Source: Vicugna vicugna
Lineage: Eukaryota
Length of the DNA stretch: 64,000 bases
Reading direction: 5' to 3'
Assembly (NCBI GenBank): GCA_013265495.1
Contig: MU058221.1
Location: 4,032,001 to 4,096,000, forward strand
Positions within the stretch are counted from its first letter, which is position 1. The number at the start of each line of letters is the position of its first letter. Below, one piece after another: positions 40,685-56,009 of this stretch. A model generated the notes under the pieces. That model had not been told where the DNA came from and made no database searches. It saw only the letters and a list, made by a program, of their open reading frames with translations. Both the position numbers and the translations under genes were made by a program.

Positions 40685-41000
40685 AATTATTTTACATAGA
40701 AATGACAAAGGATTCATATCCAGAACATGTAAGAAACCTTTATGACCTATTAGAAACTGGAAACATGGCAGAGACATGAATGATATTTCATGCAAGAGAA
40801 AGGATGAAAAGCCAATAAAATACAATAATGAAGAAAAAAGTCTACCTCACTTCAGAAAGGCCCATCAAACAGCTTTAAGATTTTTCTGCACTCAAACTGT
40901 CTCTAAAAGGTCCCTGGCATTTGATCAAAGATACATAGCTTGTAGGAAACCAGAATTCCTTCTGGTAAGAGAACAATGAAGTCATCATATCTTTGAAAAT
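40685..41000 (+). mobile_element. Degraded L1 ORF2 relic
   Basis: TGACAAAGGATTCATATCCAGAACATGTAAGAAAC...ATGGCAGAGACATGAA. Confidence 0.5.
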
Positions 41001-41989
41001 TTAGGGGGAAAAAAAAAATGGAACTTCCAAAAAGAACTAATTTATCTTTTTGTAATTAGAAGATTTAAATTGCCTACAATTTTCATTTTAAAAGTAGCAA
41101 TTTAAAAACGTATAAAACATTAGCTTTCGATTTTTCATCTTCTGCTTAAATCTCAGGTGACATCGACTTACTAAAACAATATTCTGTGTAACCTGAAGTT
41201 ATCCATTTACATTCTGTGACAACCTTCGCTTTTCGTTCCATTGACGCAGTTTTTCTCATTTGACTAGCATGAAATGGAATCCTCTCTGTTGGTTCTCTAC
41301 TTGCCGGAGGATAAAATCCTGGTCTTGAATCGACTCCTGGAGTCCAAAGCTCACGACATTCTGGCAAAACTCAAACACTCTAAGCTGCTTTCCGCCTTAA
41401 ATGCCAAGGCTCATTGTCTTGAGCCACTCAACTTCTCACCATTTCTGAAACCTACCAGACTCCCTGACTCCACTTGGCCCACCTTATTCTTCTGTCACTC
41501 TGAAGATGTCCCTTTGTCTGACAAGCTCTTGCTGTATGTACATTTCAAGTTATTTGTCACCGCTCCTATTACAAACACACTGAACCTGCTATCATATATA
41601 ATAAAATTAGCTAAGAAAAATCTACGAATTTAAGAGTGTTGAAGATTAAAAAAAGTGATTTGACTCATCATGCAGACCTGTCCTCAACAGTGCGAGTGAC
41701 TAAAGTCATCTTTTTAGGGATTTTTATTTCTCTGAAATCATACAGCAGAAGCTCCTTGATCACGATGTTTGATGTATGAGAGGAGTTCACACATTGATCA
41801 CTATATCCTCCTGACTTCCAAACTCATAGGCATCTGTGTGCTTGTCTCTCAACCTGCTTCCTAATTATCTAATTAAAATAATTAAATTAGCTGAAGATTT
41901 AGATGAGACACGGGAATTTTGCAGTGATTTTTGTATGATTAATATCATGTACTTATGGGGATATTATTTATTTTTCTGTACATTTGATT

Positions 41990-42200
41990 TTTTTCTTGTC
42001 CACTCTCCCACATTTTGTGATTTTGATGCCCCCTTTTATATCCGCAGGTTTACTCTTTCGCTGTTCATCGTAGTTATCGCATTTCCAATTGTGATTTTCT
42101 CTTTCTCTAGCTTCCTGCTTCTTTTCTATTTAGAGAAGACCTTTCAATATTTCTTTTAGGATAGGTTTAGTATTGCTGCATTCTTTCAGTTTTTGCTTGT
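41990..42200 (-). mobile_element. L1/HAL1-like fragment
   Basis: TTTAGAGAAGACCTTTCAATATTTCTTTTAGGATAGGTTTAGTATTGCTG...CAGTTTTTGCTTGTC. Confidence 0.55.
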
Positions 42201-42204
42201 CATA

Positions 42205-42900
42205 TCAATAAATGGTACAATCTTCCACCTAATTGCTTAGGGGAAAAAAAAAGTGTTATCCTTGGTTCCTGTCTTGTCTCAACCATTATCCAACTGTTTA
42301 TCAAATTTTGTCATCATAATCTTTACAATAAATATTGAATCTGTTTCTCCCTAGCAACACACCAGCACTTGATTCCAAATTGTGATCATATTCCAAATAT
42401 GGACATGTTTTCCTGCCTAATTTGGTGTCAGCCCACATCAACAGTACAAACTCCACTCAGCAACTTTGCCCTGGCCACAAATCCATCAATGGTTTCCCAT
42501 GACATTTAGAATCTAATTGAAAGCCCTTCCTTAAGCTCCAAAGGGCTACCACTACCCCCTTCATCAAGCATCTACTCAGCCCGCTTCTGTCCACTTTTTT
42601 CTCACTTTCCTTCACCTCGGCCACATTGGTCTCTCTCTTGTTTTTGAAATATTTTAAGCTGTTTATCATATTTCAGTTGTTTTATCCTAAACCAGAATCT
42701 TTCTTCCTCTGGTTCTTTACTTGTATGGCTCATTATTTTTCAAGTTCCATTTCAAATATCATCTCCTTGAAAATGAACTTTTTAATTACCACATCTGTAA
42801 TATGGTGAATCCCCACTTCTCATTCTTTTAAACACACACACACACACACACGAGTGTTACTCTGTAATATATTTTCTTAACTTTTTCCTGGCCCTCGTAA
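42205..42900 (+). mobile_element. L2 fragment
   Basis: AAATGGTACAATCTTCCACCTAATTGCTTAG...CAATGGTTTCCCATGACATTTAGAAT...CCTCGGCCACATTGGTCTC. Confidence 0.65.
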
Positions 42901-43044
42901 TAGTGGAACATATATTTTCATAAACAAGTCTTAAATCAGAAAAGCAGAATCTGGCACCGTACAGTTAAAAATACTTGTAGAAAGACAAAATTATCATTTT
43001 TGTTTGTATTCATTTTTTAACTTTTTACTTTTATTTATTAATTT

Positions 43045-43125
43045 TTAATTTTTTAATTGAAGTATATAGTCAATTTACAATGTAGTGTCAGTTTCTGGTG
43101 TACAGCCTAATAGTTCTGTCACTGA
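43045..43125 (-). mobile_element. L1 3' tail fragment
   Basis: TTTTAATTGAAGTATATAGTCAATTTACAATGTAGTGTCAGTTTCTGGTGTACAGC. Confidence 0.75.
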
Positions 43126-46100
43126 AATGCATTTTAAATGTTCATTTGTGACTGGCGAATCTTCTGTATGCAGACAATCAAATTATATCATTTGTTTTTT
43201 TCTTTTGCCCTTTGTCTTATTCATAGTGCCTTATTTATTGGTAAAGGCTAATTACATATTAAGAACATGTAGTTTTAATCTCTCATATGTGTAGCATTTA
43301 TACTTCATTTTTTAATTTATAGTTTACCATTTTTTTGTATATTCTGTATCTAAATTATCTTTTGCTTTGACTTTTCTGACATAATTATGCCAATGAAATT
43401 ACTTTTCACCATTGTGAAAAAAAATTGACTCAACATTTTATAACTGATGTTAAAATTGGCTAAAATTTTATCTATCACATATTGTATACTTTTAAATTTA
43501 CATTATTGAACCTTGTGTGAAGTATTTTGTTTAATATGGTATAGGGCCATCTTGCATTTATTTATTTGTTTATTTTTTTTTTACTGTAAGCGGCATTGTT
43601 AACAAACTTCCTGTTTACTGATCTTATGTGAAGACTTTAAGGTTTTAATAAATATATCTTCAAAGTAAATTCCTACATGTGACGTTTCTTTTTCCAGAAC
43701 TTTCCAGATTAATGTCATAGATATTCTGCCAGATGAAAGCAAAATAATTTGAAGTCATTTTATAAATGTATAATCACCTTTCTAAGTGTTAGTGAATTAA
43801 CAGGTACTTGATTTTGTCTGTTGTTTGTTTTGCTGTGGATTTGGGAAAAAATGCACCTGTGTTAGCTCGCGAGGCATTTGAGTTTTATCATCGCCTACCT
43901 GGAACCGTGTAAATAGCTCTCCCTGTGTTTTCCTTCGAACGACAAAGTGGGAAAAGTTTGTGATCAAAGCTACTTTTATCTTTCAAATCAGATTCATGCT
44001 TTTATTTCCTAGATAAGAGGCTCATCACAAACTCAGAACAGACTTGAAATTAATTGAAAGTAAAAGCCGCCATATAGTGTAGCATTAACATTTTTAAATG
44101 ATTTCAGAATAACGTAAGGTGTATTCCTCTGGTCCTGAATACCAGATAAAGTCGCCTCTCACATTTTGTGGTTCCTGTTTTCTCTCTTTTACAGCGTTGT
44201 AAAACAAAATCGCTGATCCTACACTTAACACCACTATACTAGTCATTAGCAGAGAGCAGGAACCCAGTAGGTCCTCTCTGTGCTGTTTCGTGCTGCATCC
44301 AAAGTACAGACCGTGACACACAGTGGGTCCTCAGTAAACATCCATTGAACGTGTGAATTCATGCTTAGGTTAAGTTTTTCTGAACGAAAATTAGAAAGTT
44401 CTTCCATGTGAATATAAAGTACACAGGACTCTGCAGTTATCTCTGAAATTTATTCTTAGGTACAAACCGGTGGGAAAAGAGGAACACCAACAGTTAGGTC
44501 TTTTGGACTTCTTTCCACAGTCACTGACATTTGGCAAGAAACTGAATACAAACTAATTTAATAAACATTTAAAATACCCTGACTCTTATCAAAGCTGGTC
44601 CTACGACCCTCGTAGCTGTGAAATTCTGTGGACACGGGTATTTTTGAAATGTGCAAGAATGGGAATACAGGCTAGCATCAAACCAATCAGTTAATTTGAT
44701 AATTATCCTGGAGACTGTTCAGGTGTACAGCTGGAGAGCCATTATCCAAAATAGCTTTAATTCTGTTTCTAAGCTCCTCTTCCTCCTACAAAGACACACT
44801 TAATTTTGTGGAAAATTTCAATATTCAATTATCCAAGATGATTTTCCAGTCACTTATCAACCATTTATCTAGAATATTTTGTTAATGTGGTCATTATGAT
44901 AGTAGCACTAATAGGATGAAGTAATAGTCTGTGTCAAATTAGCTCTTGAAATCATCAAATGCAACAAAATCAATAAGTAAGGATTTTTTGAGAGCCACTT
45001 CGTCTGGTCTTTCCAGCAACAGCATAAACCATTATAATTCAATTTCCCTTAATTATCCTTGACCTTGACTTCCTCTTCTGTTTAACACATATTCAGCTGA
45101 ATCATCCTTGTGGGCCCAGATTTATCTTTCGGATCAGCTTATCAGTACAAGGTTTAATGAAGGTGAAAACGTATAAATGTCCTATTTTTTTTTGAGTTTT
45201 TGTTTTATTCCGTTATGGTTTTATTTTAATTTCAAATTATTTTTATTTTAAGTGGGAGACACTTATGAGTTCATCGGTGACTAGGCAAGTGGGACTTTTT
45301 TCCCTAAGCCTTTCTAGCTGAAAAGAGTATGCATGAGGCTGGGACCAGTAACCCCTGTCCCAGATTGAATTTGGGCTTCCCATTCCCACTGATTTCCTTC
45401 CCCCCTGAACTAGCTAATCAAATATCCTTATCTTGACCCTGCAAATCCTCTGGCTGGTGCTCATCATATTTCATTCTCTCCTATTGCTTTGTCTCTTTGA
45501 AAGTCTTCTTACTGTTTCTTCCTTTTTGTTCCAGTGCCACTTCAAAGTTTTGATCATTCCTCTTTCTACAGAAAAGCATCACCCCAGCACAATGATTCGG
45601 CGTGAAAGATGAACAGACACGGAGTCCCAGTATTAGAGAGCTAGGGCTGAAGATGCCCTTTAAACAACCACGTTGTCTCTGTCAAGAAAATGTTCTCAGA
45701 CTGTTTTCTTTCTGCCTAGTGAGTTCTCTCAGCTGCCCCGGGTTCTCGGGAGGAGAGGCAGCATTGAGTACCTGAAAACCTATGTGCTTTTGAACAAGAA
45801 AATCCCACGTTTCAAACCCCTGCTCTGTGGCGCAAAATTCAGGGTATTTGTTTAAAAAGAGGATTTTCTCAAAAGGTAAAATTGTGATTGTCATGCAGAT
45901 ATACAAATGAACACATTGCAAAGATTTTATTCTTCTCATTCATGAGGAAACCGGGAGAATGTTACACATATGCCATGTGTGTGTCGGTGATACTGAAATG
46001 ATTATGCAAATGGAAGCAAAACTGGTTTTTCCACATGGTAGAAAGGAAGGAGAATGCTGCTCTACAGGACTAGGAGATTTTGCACGTCAGTTAACTACCA

Positions 46101-46214
46101 CTTACAAAGTATTGTGTGGTAGCTCAAGGACAATGAAAGGCTAACGTCAGATAACCTGGAGGGACGTCCTCTAGACAATGCATACTTCTCCACTGAAGTG
46201 CAATTACCTTCCAG

Positions 46215-46345
46215 AGGTGACTCAGAGCAAGTTACTTTACCTCAGCTTCCTCATCTGCAAGTTGAGTGTCTTCTGAAAACTATATATGAGGTAAAGCTTG
46301 CTTAGTGCCTGCTTCCTAGTGGAAGCTCGCTGAGCAAGGATTTCT
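46215..46345 (+). mobile_element. MIR fragment
   Basis: GTGACTCAGAGCAAGTTACTT...CCTCAGCTTCCTCATCTGCAA. Confidence 0.6.
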
Positions 46346-47254
46346 TCCTTCTCTACCCTAATACGTATGATTACATAACTTCAACTGCATATTATTTAAA
46401 TCACATATTTGATTACCCTTTGAGCTAGTCCCAGGAAACAACACTGCAGAATTATTGTGTGGTGTGCAAAGTTAAAAACGAAGACATTTTGAGATTTGCG
46501 AGAATTAAAAATCACACGACTAGATCTTTCGTCTACCTGGTAGGTGAAGTTCAGGCTGCGGTCTCTGTATCTAAAATGCATTACATTTCACATGATGAAG
46601 CTTCAGCTGTTATTTATAACCAGGGGTCATTGGTATCACTCGTAACTTTTGATGATTTATTTTGCACTTTCAATTTTCAAAAAACATTAAAAAATAATTT
46701 TCTCGATGACATGAGTGATGTTAGAAGGTGTGTTTCTGCACATCCAATGGTGGTTTGCCATAGTTGAACTTAATTTTGTTATTTTTGAGAATACGTTTGG
46801 ATGCTAAAGTGAATGGATCTCATTTTTCATATCTGAATTTGAAGATCCATTTTCACGTTTCCTGCAATGTTCCATCAACCTTATAAAGTTGGTTTTGCTG
46901 CTCTTACAACAAGTCACCATTTTCTCTGATCTATATTCTCAGAGGATGCTTTGAAAATTCCCAATTTCACCTGCCCATATCTATCCGTGAAAAAAATACG
47001 CCTCGTTGCATATTTTAGCATGTGTTTTAGAATCTAGGAATTCACCAAGGCGATGCTTAATAGGACAAACACTTGCATTAATTTAGGTATTCTGGTTAAA
47101 TAGCACATCACTGCAGTACTGAATGCCATGTGTATTTGTTGTGCAAGTTCCATAGTGAACAAATTACCTGTAGGCAGTGTTAACAGCAAACGTTGTATTA
47201 TACCAATTTGACAGCGTTCTTCCTGAAGACTTCCTTTACTTGCTCCAAAGATAC

Positions 47255-47602
47255 TATTCTCTGACATGTAGATACAAAATTGGATGAAAATAATATAAAA
47301 ATAAATACAACAAGCTAGTGAATATATATTTTTTTAAGAAGCAAATTCACAAATAAAGAGAATAAACTAGTGGTTACCAGTGGGGAGAGGAGGTGGGGAG
47401 GGGCGATATAAGGGTAGGGGATTAAGAGTACAAACTATTGGATATAAAATAAGTTACAAGGATACACTGTACAACACAGGGAATGTAGCCAATATTTTAT
47501 AATAAGTATAAATGGAGCAAAACCTTTAAAAATTGTGAATCACTATGTTGTACACCTGTAACATATAATACTGTATAGCAACTATGCTTCAATTTAAAAA
47601 TT
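47255..47602 (+). mobile_element. L1 3' UTR (laurasiatherian type)
   Basis: AAACTAGTGGTTACCAGTGGGGAGAGG...TGTACAACACAGGGAATGTAGCCAATATTTTAT...TGTGAATCACTATGTTGTACACCTG. Confidence 0.85.
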
Positions 47603-47625
47603 TTTAAATCAAATCAAGTAAAATG

Positions 47626-47704
47626 ATAGGTGTATGTATATATATTTTATACATATGTATAGGTGTATGTATATATATACATATATATAATATATGTATG
47701 TATG
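47626..47704. repeat. AT/TG low-complexity repeat with duplicated ATAGGTGTATGTATATATAT
   Basis: Directly visible. Confidence 0.8.
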
Positions 47705-49008
47705 AGAGAATGCAAAATTCTGCCAGAGACATAGGATCCTAGAAAAGAGTCAAGATTAGGACATCTTTCACCCCTTTTGCCAAATTGAAGGATAAGAATA
47801 TTGCAAAGTCTGGGTTGAGACTGTTTGGTGCAAAGTCAAACCAAAACCAAAACCTAAATGAATGTCAGAGAGAAAATGTATCATAAAGAATTATTCAGAC
47901 ATCAGTGAGGTTTTTAAACAAGAAAAATTTAACAAATGTATAATTAGTAACTGCAGTTTTTGTCACTTATCAATCTTTGAAAGATAGTTTTACTGATGAT
48001 GAAACCTGAGCATGGAAACTTACAGAAGCTTGTCCAAAGCCAGGTGCATCTTATGTACTTTCCGTGGGACCATCTCTGCCCTCTTCAAGCCTCTTCCATC
48101 TGCAGCATTTCTTTCACTTTGACTGATTACCAACTCAAAATCTGGCCAAATCTTTTCTAGAGAATGATATAATTTTGAAGTTCAGCGACATCTTAGAAGT
48201 TTTCTAGAACGAAATCCCACCCAATGTAGCAATAACACCATAATTTTATCTGAAGAACGCTCTTTCATCCTTGATCTAAACGTGTCACGTTACAGGAAGT
48301 AGGGTATTTCAAAAGGTCATTATTGGACAAGCAGAAGTTGCATTATTTCATTTACTATCTCCGTCTTTTCTTGCTTCTGCTTTACAGCACTATTTAGAAA
48401 AAAAAATCAATCCTTCTTATACATGCCTGTAAAATATTACGGAATGGCTAAATCATTTCTTTTCTGGGCTAAACATCTTTAGTTTCTCAATCCACTCTTG
48501 TGCCAGGAGACACTGAGAAAGGCTTCTATTCAGGCCAGGGAGCATATTAGTCATTTGCCAGGTAACAATCTTTTCTTTGCCTGGAAAATAGGAGTTTTAT
48601 AAAATGTCGTGTGAGTAATTTATCTAAATCAAGACTAATGAATATGCAGTTAGAGTTACATAATGAATGCAATCATGTATACATACGTGTACATTCATAC
48701 ATATACTTCTATAGAGAGGCTATATCTACTCCATCTAGGTTATCCAGATCATGTAAAGCTATTAACTGAACCCTCAGTCCCCACTCTCAATATCAATTTA
48801 CAATATTTTTGAATTTTTTTTTCCTTTTAGGATTACCTGTATGACTACATTTTCTAAGTCCTATTGAAAGAATTACCCAGTGTGGAAGACCATGGCCCTT
48901 ATGTCTTTATATATATTTAATTCCAGTTTTACAAAGAGTGAAAACAGAATTACACAGTGACAACAAAATCAATAAAAACAGCTATAACACAGCACTGCCT
49001 TATCTGAT

Positions 49009-49952
49009 TGTATCAGTTTCCTGAGGCTTTCCTAACAAAGTATCACAAACTGGGGGGCTTAAAACAACAGAAATGTATTTTCTCACAGTTCCGGGGACCA
49101 AAAGTTGTTGGGGAGAATCCTTTGCTGCATCTTTCTAGTTCATGGTAAAAAAATTTTTTTGATCAATTCTGTGTGTTTCTTGGCTTGCATTTGCAATAAT
49201 TCAATCTCTGCTTCTGTCATCACACAGCGTTCTCCCTGTGTCTGTGTGCAAATTCTCCTATTTGTATAAGAACACCAGTCTTACTGGAGTAGAGGCCCAT
49301 CCTGCTCCAGTGGGACTTCACCTTAACAAATTAATCTGCAGTGATTCTGTTACCACGTCCAAACTCATTCCACTCACCACACAACAGGCCAATAAATCAG
49401 AAGACGAAGTCGTGGGGAAAGAAATAACAATTTTATTTGGAAAGCCAGCAGACGGAGAAGATGGCAGACTCATGTCCTGGAGAACCATCTTCCCCAAGGC
49501 AGCATTCAGGCTCCTTTTATACTAAAAAGGGGAGGGGGTGTGGTTGGTTGTTGCAAACTTCCTGATGTCAGAATCCTTCATTCTTGCAGCTGTGCATGTA
49601 GGTCAGGCTATGATGTCCCTGTAATCCTCCAACAAGACACATGTTATTCTCTGCTCTGCAACTTTTTATCTTTATATGAATGGGAAAGTTTCCCACCCTG
49701 AAGATGAGAGCCTTGAGAGTGGGCTGTCCTGTCTATTTCAGGTTATAGGCAACATTCTTTTACAAAAGGTGCAGAAGCAGCGTGACTCAGCACAGGAAAC
49801 AGCACAGGGTTAGAGCTAAAGGAACAGATCTAACATGAGGTCAGATGTGTTCTTCCTTGCTACAATCCTATTTCCAAGCAAGGTCAAATTCTGACGTATG
49901 GGAGTTAAAATTCCAACATATCTTTTCAGAGGCCACATATCATCCTCTAACA
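49009..49952 (-). mobile_element. MLT1 LTR hosting a nested ERV1 LTR
   Basis: TGTATCAGTTTCCTGAGG...GGCTTAAAACAACAGAAATG. The element resumes after the insert with ATCCTATTTCCAAGCAAGGTCAAATTCTG. Confidence 0.8.
49348..49864 (-). mobile_element. ERV1 solo LTR, family A
   Basis: TGTTACC...GCTACA termini with TSD ATTC/ATCC. TATAAAA and AATAAA occur on the minus strand. Confidence 0.9.
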
Positions 49953-51308
49953 GGATATTTCCTCAGGGCAGGCTGTTTTGTACTGTAGTAAGAAAGCCCT
50001 AGATACATGTGGTTGACAGTTACGAAGACTTCTCTCTTTTCCATGCTAACTGCTAATATTCTGCTCATCAGTCACTCAGGAAACTAGGCTGATGGAGTAG
50101 TAATCATCCCAAAAGTTTCCAGTCACGGTGCCACTGTTCCAATCACCAGTAGCCACGGAACATTAATCAGCCCGGGGGAGCCAGGAGTGTAATGCCACAA
50201 TTTGACCAGAGAGAAGTGGGGTCAGAACTAATAGCAGATGCTTTCAGCCACAAGGAACAGAAAACATAGCTAATATTAGCATAAATCTTAAGGTCATTTT
50301 CTCTTGCGTAGCAAGCTTCACAATGATTAGAAGTCAAAGGGTTGATTTGTCACCTCGTTGCTATGTTATCAAGATCCCAAGAGTCGTCTATCTGTATTGA
50401 TTTCTCTTTCTCTCTCTCTCAGTCTCTCTCCCTCTGTTTCTCTCTCTTTCTCCCCAGGTCCCAGAGCTGGGTGTCATCCTTAACCAATCACCACCACAGA
50501 GGAACTAGGGTTGCCATGATTAGCTTGGACCCATTCTGATATGTCCCTTAAGGCCAAGGATGTGGCCACTCAAACTAAATTAGTATTGTTTGCAAGGACA
50601 GAGGGAGTGAATTAGTGAATTGCTGAACAGATGTTTGCCACAAACAATGATGAAGTTCAAATTTAAGCTTTATCTTATTTTATTATTATGCAATGGATGA
50701 ACACCTGGGTAAAAAAATAATTTTTCTCAACTTGAATTTTTAGGTTACTGAGAAATAAATACTATTTGAATGTGTGATTTAGTTGCCAATATGCCAATTT
50801 AAATGTGTTTAGTAACTGTTTACCAAATAATAGTAATAATTATTATTTCTTCCATGGGCATAATATTTATTATGTGTGTTGTACATTTTCTGTTGTTTTG
50901 CAGAAAACAGCAAGGTCATAATTAAGTCATGGAGAGGAAATTATCGCATGCCATTATTAAAAAAAAAAAAACAGACATAAGTGACTATTAGTAGGACTGA
51001 GGTGGGATTTTCCAACCCAGAACAATGCATTTTCCACTACTCCCTGGTGCCTCCTCCTCTTCTTATCCTTTGTCCATTTCCATAGTAATTTAGTCTCAAG
51101 AATAAAACCCATAGGACCAATTAAATAACCTGTGTGGTTAATCTTCAGATTTCCCTTGAGCCACAGCACAACTGAAATGACAGACTACTATTTTGGAAAT
51201 AATTGAAATTTCAAGGAAATAAACTCTATCAAATACTTTTTTGTGTTTCAAATGAGCAGGTAACATGCCAAATAGTGATATATAGACACTAAAATATGTC
51301 TGAATTCA

Positions 51309-51836
<528 letters not shown>

Positions 51837-54616
51837 TCAGCCTAGAGAACTTTTTTTTTATATATATATATAAAAACTTTTACATATATATATAACTTTT
51901 TTATTCCATATATATATATGGAATTGGTGATGTGTCTAACCCCTTAGCCATCATTATAAAGAGCTTTATCATTTTCTTTAGAAATGCCATGGTTATCACA
52001 GCCACTCAAGGCTGACTCCACACATGTGATTGCTCAGAATTGCAACAAAAGAACTTTAACTCTGATAGGGTTTTATCATGCTGAAGGATCTCAAGGCATT
52101 TTGAAATCATATTAAAAATAAAGCGTGAGTCAAACTTGAAATGCTCGTAATTCATGAAAGGTTGATGAGCAGGTAATTCATGAAAGGTTGCTCCTATCAA
52201 CGCGAAGTTCTTGCCTGTGGGGGTTGTGGCATCACTGCTAGAAACACGGGACAATCATGTCGTACAAAACAGAGACAGCACGTGTCCCTGCCTGACAGAT
52301 GCTGATAAAATGGTGACAAGAATAGCAAGCGACTAAAGGGATTGTTATGCCAAAATCCTCCGTCTGGGACTACAAACGTGGTGTAAGTATCAGCTGCCGT
52401 CATATACGATGCTCCCTGCAAATCAACAGACTGCCAAGCCCTGCAGACACAGACGTGCAGTACTGAAAGGCAGGGATTCTAGAACCTACCAAAGGGAAGA
52501 CATGTAACTGGTAGAGGTGTTAATATCATCAGGCTCAGCATATAGGAAGAGCATGGAAAAGACTTTGAGTGTTGGGGCTACGGACGGAAGCTGGTTAGAG
52601 TTAGAAATGAAAACCCTGGCAGTTGTCAGCAAAGAGTTGACAGGAAATAAGATACAGGTAAAGAAATTCAATGTGTGCCAAGAATAGTACACACCTAACT
52701 CAAGATGTGTCTTCCTGGATGGCTGGTTCAGTGGTTTACTCACAGTAAACTCTAAATAATCGTGTGTCGAATGAATAAAAAGTTCATCTTTAAAGAAAAC
52801 CCAATTATGTCAAATTATGTAGGCAATTATAGAATGTATCCCTGCCTTTCTTTTCTTTTTTTCTTTGGTTGACTGTCTTTCTTGCTCACTGGGCTATAAA
52901 GGAGAAAAGAAGCCATGTTTTATTGGCTGTGTTTTCAGTGCAAAGACCAGTGTCTTTTAGGTAGAGCAAAGCCAGAGGGCACACGTGGACCTTTCTTCTG
53001 AGTAATCAATGAGCAGTATTCACTACAGGGAAGGGAAGAGCCCTGATAATGACGAGGATGAAGATGGCGAGACCCTGCCACCAGCATCCTCAGACGGAGC
53101 TGAGATGGGCAGACTACAGGTGCTGATTTGCATTTGCCATAGCTCTGGGCATGTAGCCACAGTTACCTCCTGGCCACGGTTGGACATGGACAGCTTCTGG
53201 CTGTTAACACCAGCTGTTCCACCTGATGAAATCTCCACACGTATGGCCTTCCCAATCTGAGCCCCACAGATCTCACTCCCCATTTTTAACTCTTGCTTTC
53301 CCTTCCAGCCCTTCCTGGGAAGATCTTCTACTGACCTGGGTGAGAGAGATTATTATCTCATCTATCGAGATATTCATCGCCTTGCAGCCCTGGCTTTTGA
53401 AACGGAAACTCATCCTCTCTGTGTCTGCTTTATCCTTTCGTTCTCCGTGGCTTCTCGTATCTTAGCATCTACCTACTTTGAGGAAGAAGAAGGTTCGGGA
53501 CTAAGGGCTATGTTGGTTTTGTTCAACACGCTAGTGTCTGAGCCTAGGACACATGGCTTAATAAATATTTACTAAAGAAGCATACAGAAAATACAGATAG
53601 GTTCAACATTCAATCTGTTTTTCTCTCTTACTAGCAGAAGCCCAGTTTTTTTTGATATTCTACTATTTATTCTGTCCCAAATTATAGAGCACTTACTTCT
53701 GAATTCTCCATGGCATAAGGGTCATAGCAACTTAGTGTAAGTCAACTTATAATTGAAAGGGTTAGATATTGTTTTTTGCATTTCTCTTGTGCCAACTTGT
53801 GTCCCTTGGAATGTGGACACAACGTTTCAAAGAGAAGAATCCAGCGTAAGAACACAGAGGGGAAAGCCACATGCTGAGGACAATGGATCAGAAAGCTAGG
53901 TGGGCTGTAAGCCCTTAATGGCTTCCTTGAGCACTCACTCAAGGTTTGGACTCTGCCTCTGGACTTACTCACACATGAGAAGTCAACCTTAACTTGCTTA
54001 AGCCGTTATAGTGATGCTTCTGTTCCATGCAATCCCAATTCAAAATCTGATTTAGGGAAGTTCACTCCACATCTACAGGCCCTAATTTAATCGTTTTGTC
54101 ATCAGACTAGACAGTTTCTAAGATCACCAGTTCTAACATGGGTTTTCCTTTAGAATAAAAACAGAATTTAACCAAACACGAGCTTATCTTTGAATTTAAA
54201 TTATCCTTTTCATTTCTGAAAACCAATGCGCTATGTGAAGTTTTGGGTAACTACTATGTAAAAGACAGTATGCCAGATGGCTTCATTAGCAATATTTCCT
54301 TTTTAAATGCACATGTTGTACACATTCTCCATTTTCCATATTTTCCCTGCAATTTTTAAAGTATCAACATGTCATTAATTTAAATGCTTGCGATGAAATA
54401 TTCATGAAAAGACTAAAAGGGACAGTTTTCAGATTTACTTCTATGCAATCAAATATTATTTTCTTCAGGAAATTGTACTGAAGATCAGATTTGGGGTAGG
54501 GCAGGGAAAATGTATAATTTGAGGCAGTGGTTCCAAAATGCCAGTTTACAAACCAATGCTAAATAAACTACACTCACATAACTTGGGCGACTCCATAGAC
54601 ACATCCCAAATCTTCA

Positions 54617-55225
54617 TGGTGAGTAAAAACTTTAACCTTGCCCAAAGAGAGGTCTAGACTTTGCCCTTGGCTTCTGGAGGTAATGTCCAAGCTGGGCCTT
54701 GAGCCAGTCTGATATTAGCAATGTCATTAAGAGCAGGGACTATTGGCCACAGGAAAAATGTGGTTTAGGGTGAGGATTTTGGGTCACACGGTATCAGCTG
54801 GACATCCCAAGGGTATGGAACTGAGATCAGGCACATGGACCATCAACCATGCCTATTTGATGGAGCTCGAATGATGACTCTGGACACCAAGATTCGAGTG
54901 AACTTCCCTGGTTGGCAATATTCTCACATATGATTGCTGGCAGTCATTAACATGGTCTGTAACTCCACGGGGAGAGGACATCTGGAAGCTTCATGGTTGC
55001 AACTCTTCTAGGCTGTGTGCAACGCGTCTCTTCCCTCGGCTGATTTCGTGCATATCCTGTCCCTGTAACAAACCAGACTGTGAGTGTCACAGCTTTCAGT
55101 GAGATCCCGGAGTCCTTCCAATGAATGATCGATGCTGAGGGTCACTTTGGGAACCCCCTGAACTTGCACTTGGTGTTGTAAGGGAAGGCAGGCAGTCTAT
55201 GTGGGCTGCCTTCCCCAACATGACA
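54617..55225 (+). mobile_element. MER21/MER77-group LTR, probably inside a MER5-like hAT relic
   Basis: GAGTAAAAACTTTAACCTTGCCCAAAGAGAGGTCT...CTCTGGACACCAAG...AACTTCCCTGGTTGGCAATA...TTGGGAACCCCCTGAACTTGCA. The flanks CAGTGGTTCCAAAA (54525) and CAGATTCAGTAGGTC (55254) resemble MER5. Confidence 0.7.
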
Positions 55226-56009
55226 GGTCCCTAATTATTTCATACCAGATACTCAGATTCAGTAGGTCCAGGGTGTTTACAGATACCCTGATTTAGAAAC
55301 CGTATCAGGAAATAAGGTGTGTGAAGCAATTAAAAAAGAACCATTTCTGTATTAATAATCTGTACCATACATATTAACAAAAAGCATTTGTTTATTTAGT
55401 TTTTCATCTACTGCATTTGTGTGTTTATGCATGTAATGGTAGACATGTGGCTAATTAAAATCATTTCTGTAATTATGCAAGTCCAGGGGTAATCTTTCTT
55501 AAGAAAACATTTGATTAGGTGAAGTTATTTTAGGTGCTTGACTAAATAAAACATCATTTTCCTTGGAGTAATTTTACATAGTTTAAAACCCTGAATTCAA
55601 GTTTTACTGTGCAGCTTAAAGCTGTCTATGGTATCAGTGAGGTAATGTTCTAGAAAGGTAATGCATTAAATATAAATCATATAAACATACTACCTAAGAT
55701 GATCCTAAAATCTATGTTTCTTCTCTAACAATTCTTTAACACTTCTCAAAGGGGTCCCATGGTATCAAAGTTTTCTTGGGACACACTCCTTTCTGTTTTT
55801 GTTTTACTTACGTCATGAATTGAAACTTAACCTACATTTTCATACCTGTAACCCAGCTTTGTCATTCAAACTTGTTTAACTCCTCCTTCAGGAAAGAAAA
55901 AAAAAAGCTAGGGGCCATGGATTTAGAGATTAACATTTTTTAAGTTATGCAAAGTAAATAAAATAACGCTCTTGCCTTGGACAGGGAAGATTATTTAAAC
56001 TAGGTTTCG

